Assembly: GCA_030390025.1 (NCBI GenBank)
Contig: CM059431.1
Coordinates: 120,034,001-120,098,000 of the forward strand
Direction of reading: 5' to 3'
DNA length: 64,000 nt
DNA from: Squalus acanthias
Taxonomy: Eukaryota
Under the pieces are notes generated by a model. That model had not been told where the DNA came from. It was given only the letters and a program-made list of their open reading frames with translations, and searched no databases. Made by a program: the position numbers and the translations under genes. Shown here piece by piece: positions 61,018 to 64,000 of the stretch; the first letter of the stretch is position 1; the number at the start of each line of letters is the position of its first letter.

Positions 61018-64000
61018 ATGGCAGACACGAACGCAGTTTCCGTGAAACTGCCGGAGTTTTGGGAAAACCAGCCCGAAGCCTGGTTCCTCCAAGTCGAGTC
61101 CCGGTTCTGGCTGCGACACATCACCACAGATGGGACGAAGTACGACTACCTCGTCACATCACTCGGTAGCTGCACAGTTACGAAGGTCTGGACAGCGCTG
61201 CAGAACCCACCAGAGGAGGGCAAGTATGCACATCTTAAGGCCGCGCTCCTTAAAAAATTTACGGCCTCGGCATACCAGCGAAACTGCCACCTCCTCGACC
61301 TTCCAGGCCTCGGGGATGCCTCACCGTCAGACCTCCTCGCCCACATGCTCTCCCTCACCGACGAGAGCCCACCCGGATCCCTCTTCCGCACGCTGTTCAT
61401 CCGCCAGCTACCTCTCAGCATCCACCCAGCGATCATGGCGTCCGGCCTCACGGACCTGGAAGCCCTGGCCGATGAGGCCGACAAGCTGCTGTCCGCTCAC
61501 TCCAGCCGCGACGTCACTCCGGACCTGGCAGCCACTGCCTGGGCGCGCCCTTCACTGGCCACCACGCGGCCACAAGGCCCAGCCACCGGGCTCACGGGGC
61601 CTTCGCACCCCACTAACCCGGGCCACTGTTACTATCACGCACGGTTCGGCGCCAGGGCACAACGGTGCATACCTCCCTGCTCTTTCAAGTCCGCCCCCGT
61701 ACCAGCCCCCGCGATGGCCGTGGGCCAAGTGGGCTCCCTGCTGTACGTCACGGAGGACAAAACCGGCCGCCGGTTCCTGTGCGACACTGGAGCTCAGCAC
61801 AGCATCATCCCAGCCTCCTCCCTCGACATCCGAAAGGGCAAACGAGGACTGGCGATGGCTGCTGCTAACGGCTCGGACATCCGGACGTACGGCACCCGCA
61901 CAATCACCCTCAACCTCGCTGGTCGCCGCTACCGATGGGAGTTCATCACTGCCAAGGTGCTCTCCCCTCTCATCGGCGCAGATTTCCCGTGTGCCCACGG
62001 CCTACTGGTAGACATCCCTCGACACTGCCTCGTGGACATGAACACCATGTCCCCCATCCTGGGCGCCATGGCCCCCCGTCAACCCGCCGACATGGCGTCA
62101 CAGTGCCACGCCCGGGCCACGGATGACTACTCGGCACTCCTGGCCGAATTCCCGGCCCTTACCAATCCTACCTTCTCCGCGGAGGCCGCCAAACACGGGA
62201 TGGAACACTTCATCCCCACCACAGGCCCCCTAGTGTACGCCCACGCCCGCAGGCTGGACCCGGCCAAACTGGAGATCGCGTGGACCGAGTTTGCCACCAT
62301 GGAACAGCTCAGCATCATCCGCCGCTCCAACAGTCCCTGGGCCTCCCCACTCCACATCGCCCCCAAACCAGGCGGGGGTTGGCACTCCTGCGAGGATTAT
62401 CGCAGCCTCAACGACGCCACCACCCCTGATCGGTACCCCATGCCACACATCCAGGACTTCTCGGCTAGACTGGCCGGCCGTTCAGTCTTTTCCAAGGTCG
62501 ACCTGGTGCGCGGCTACCACCAAGTCCCCGTCCACCCCGCAGACGTCCCCAAGACGGCCGTAATCACCCCCTTCGGCCTTTTCGAGTTCCTGCGGATGCC
62601 CTTCAGCCTCAAAAACGCAGCCCAGGCATTCCAACGGCTCATGGACTCGGTCCTTCGGGACCTGAAGTTCCTGTTCGTCTACCTGGACGACATCCTGGTA
62701 GCCAGTTCCTCCAAGCAGGAACACCTCGAACACCTTCGCATCCTGTTCGGGCGCCTCAGCGACCACGGGCTCATCCTCAGCCCAGCTAAATGCCAGTTCG
62801 GCCTGGACAAGATCGACTTCCTCGGCCACCACATCACCCATGCTGGGGCCATTCCCCTGCCCACCAAGGTGCAGGCCATCCAACAATTTCCCCGCCCCAC
62901 CACCATCAAAGGCCTCCAGGAGTTCCTCGGATGGTGAATTTCTATAACTGCTTCATCCCCAAAGCGGCGTCCCTCATGAGGCCCCTGTATGAAGCCCTCC
63001 GGGGCAGGAGCGGCAAGATGGCGGTCGAATGGACGGCAGACGCGTCCGCCGCCTTCGACTCCACCAAGACCGCGCTTGCCAACGCCACCCTGCTCGCGCA
63101 CCCACGGCCCAATGCCAGGGTAGCGCTCACCACGGACGCCTCCGACCACGCGGTCTGCGCCGTGTATGAGCAGTGGGTCGACGGCGCCTGGCAACCACTT
63201 GCCTTCTTCAGCCGCCAACTACACCCCCCGGAGGTCAAGTACAGCACCTTCGACCGCGAGCTCCTCGCGCTGTTCCTGGCGGTCCGCCATTTTCGGTTTT
63301 TGCTGGAGGGCCACCCCTTCACTGCGTTTGTCGACCACAAACCCCTGACGTTCGCAATGGCAAAGACAACCGACCCCTGGTCCGCCAGGCAGCAGTGCCA
63401 GCTCGCGGCAGTGTCCGAGTTCATCACGGACATCCAACACGTCTCCGGCCGAGACAATGTGGTAGCCGACTGCCTCTCCCACCCCGCCATCCACGCCGCA
63501 CACCTGGCAGTCGACTACGCTCAACTCGCAGCAGACCAGATCACCGACCCTGATCTGCTCTCCGCACCTACTAACCTACCAGGGCTACGCCTGGCCGACG
63601 TCGCCTGTGACCCAACCGCAGTCACGGTCAAGTGCGACATATCCCTATGTCAACCTCGGCCCGTCGTCCCAGCGTCCTGGCGCCGCCGGGTATTCGAGAT
63701 TCTCCACAACCTCTCCCACCCTGGCGCCCGCGCATCCATCAAATTGGTAGCCAACCGCTTTGTCTGGTGCGGCCTTCGCAAGGATGTGCGTACTTGGGCC
63801 AACTCCTGCCTAGCCTGCCAACGGGCCAAGGTGCAGCAACACATGAGAGCACCCCTCGAGTAATTTACCGTCCCTTCGCGTATATTCGACCACATCCACG
63901 TGGACATCGTCGGGCCCCTGCCGCCGTCGCAAGGCCACACGCACTTGCTGACGATCGTTGACCGCACCACGCGCTGGCCCGAGGCAATTCCACTGACCTC
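61018..64000 (+). pseudogene. Gag-Pol polyprotein with a frameshift at ~62930 and a stop at 63861-63863
   Basis: KLPEFW gag; CYYH...C...C; FLCDTGA protease; YLDD RT; TDAS RNase H; H..SH...CLAC integrase zinc motif; HVDIVGP. Confidence 0.92.

Larger units (their letters stand above)
60738..64000 (+). mobile_element. Ty3/Gypsy LTR retrotransposon, CsRn1/kabuki-like, truncated by the window end
   Basis: 5' LTR ends gccacaaca at 60977 (start uncertain, ~60738); PBS; gag-PR-RT-RH-IN order. Confidence 0.9.

Noticed and set aside
61130..62011. 293-aa alternate-frame ORF and several antisense ORFs over the Gypsy gag-pol
   Set aside because: Expected stop-codon scarcity in high-GC coding sequence

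Overview
Eukaryotic, almost entirely repeat-derived DNA. The repeat families (CR1, L2 and RTE LINEs, DeuSINE/SacSINE1-like tRNA SINEs, many PIF/Harbinger elements and MITEs) suggest a vertebrate, probably a shark or ray (inference). No host gene is confidently identified. The standout is a young 8.67-kb minus-strand provirus (6860-15527) with 1.6-kb LTRs (~98% identical by manual count), a GCAA target-site duplication (TSD) and a tRNA-Arg primer-binding site (PBS) overlapping the gag ATG. Its intact Gag carries a PSAPPSY late domain and a CCHC knuckle. It has no pol; in that position an in-frame, post-UGA ORF encodes a divergent second Gag-like protein. Its env reconstructs as signal peptide + Ig-like domain + F-type (paramyxovirus/baculovirus-F-like) fusion protein with no membrane anchor. 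The window also holds two solo LTRs of another family, a near full-length CR1, a MITE family with a covarying hairpin and splice-donor cluster, deep nesting, and a GC-rich CsRn1-like Gypsy element running off the 3' end.
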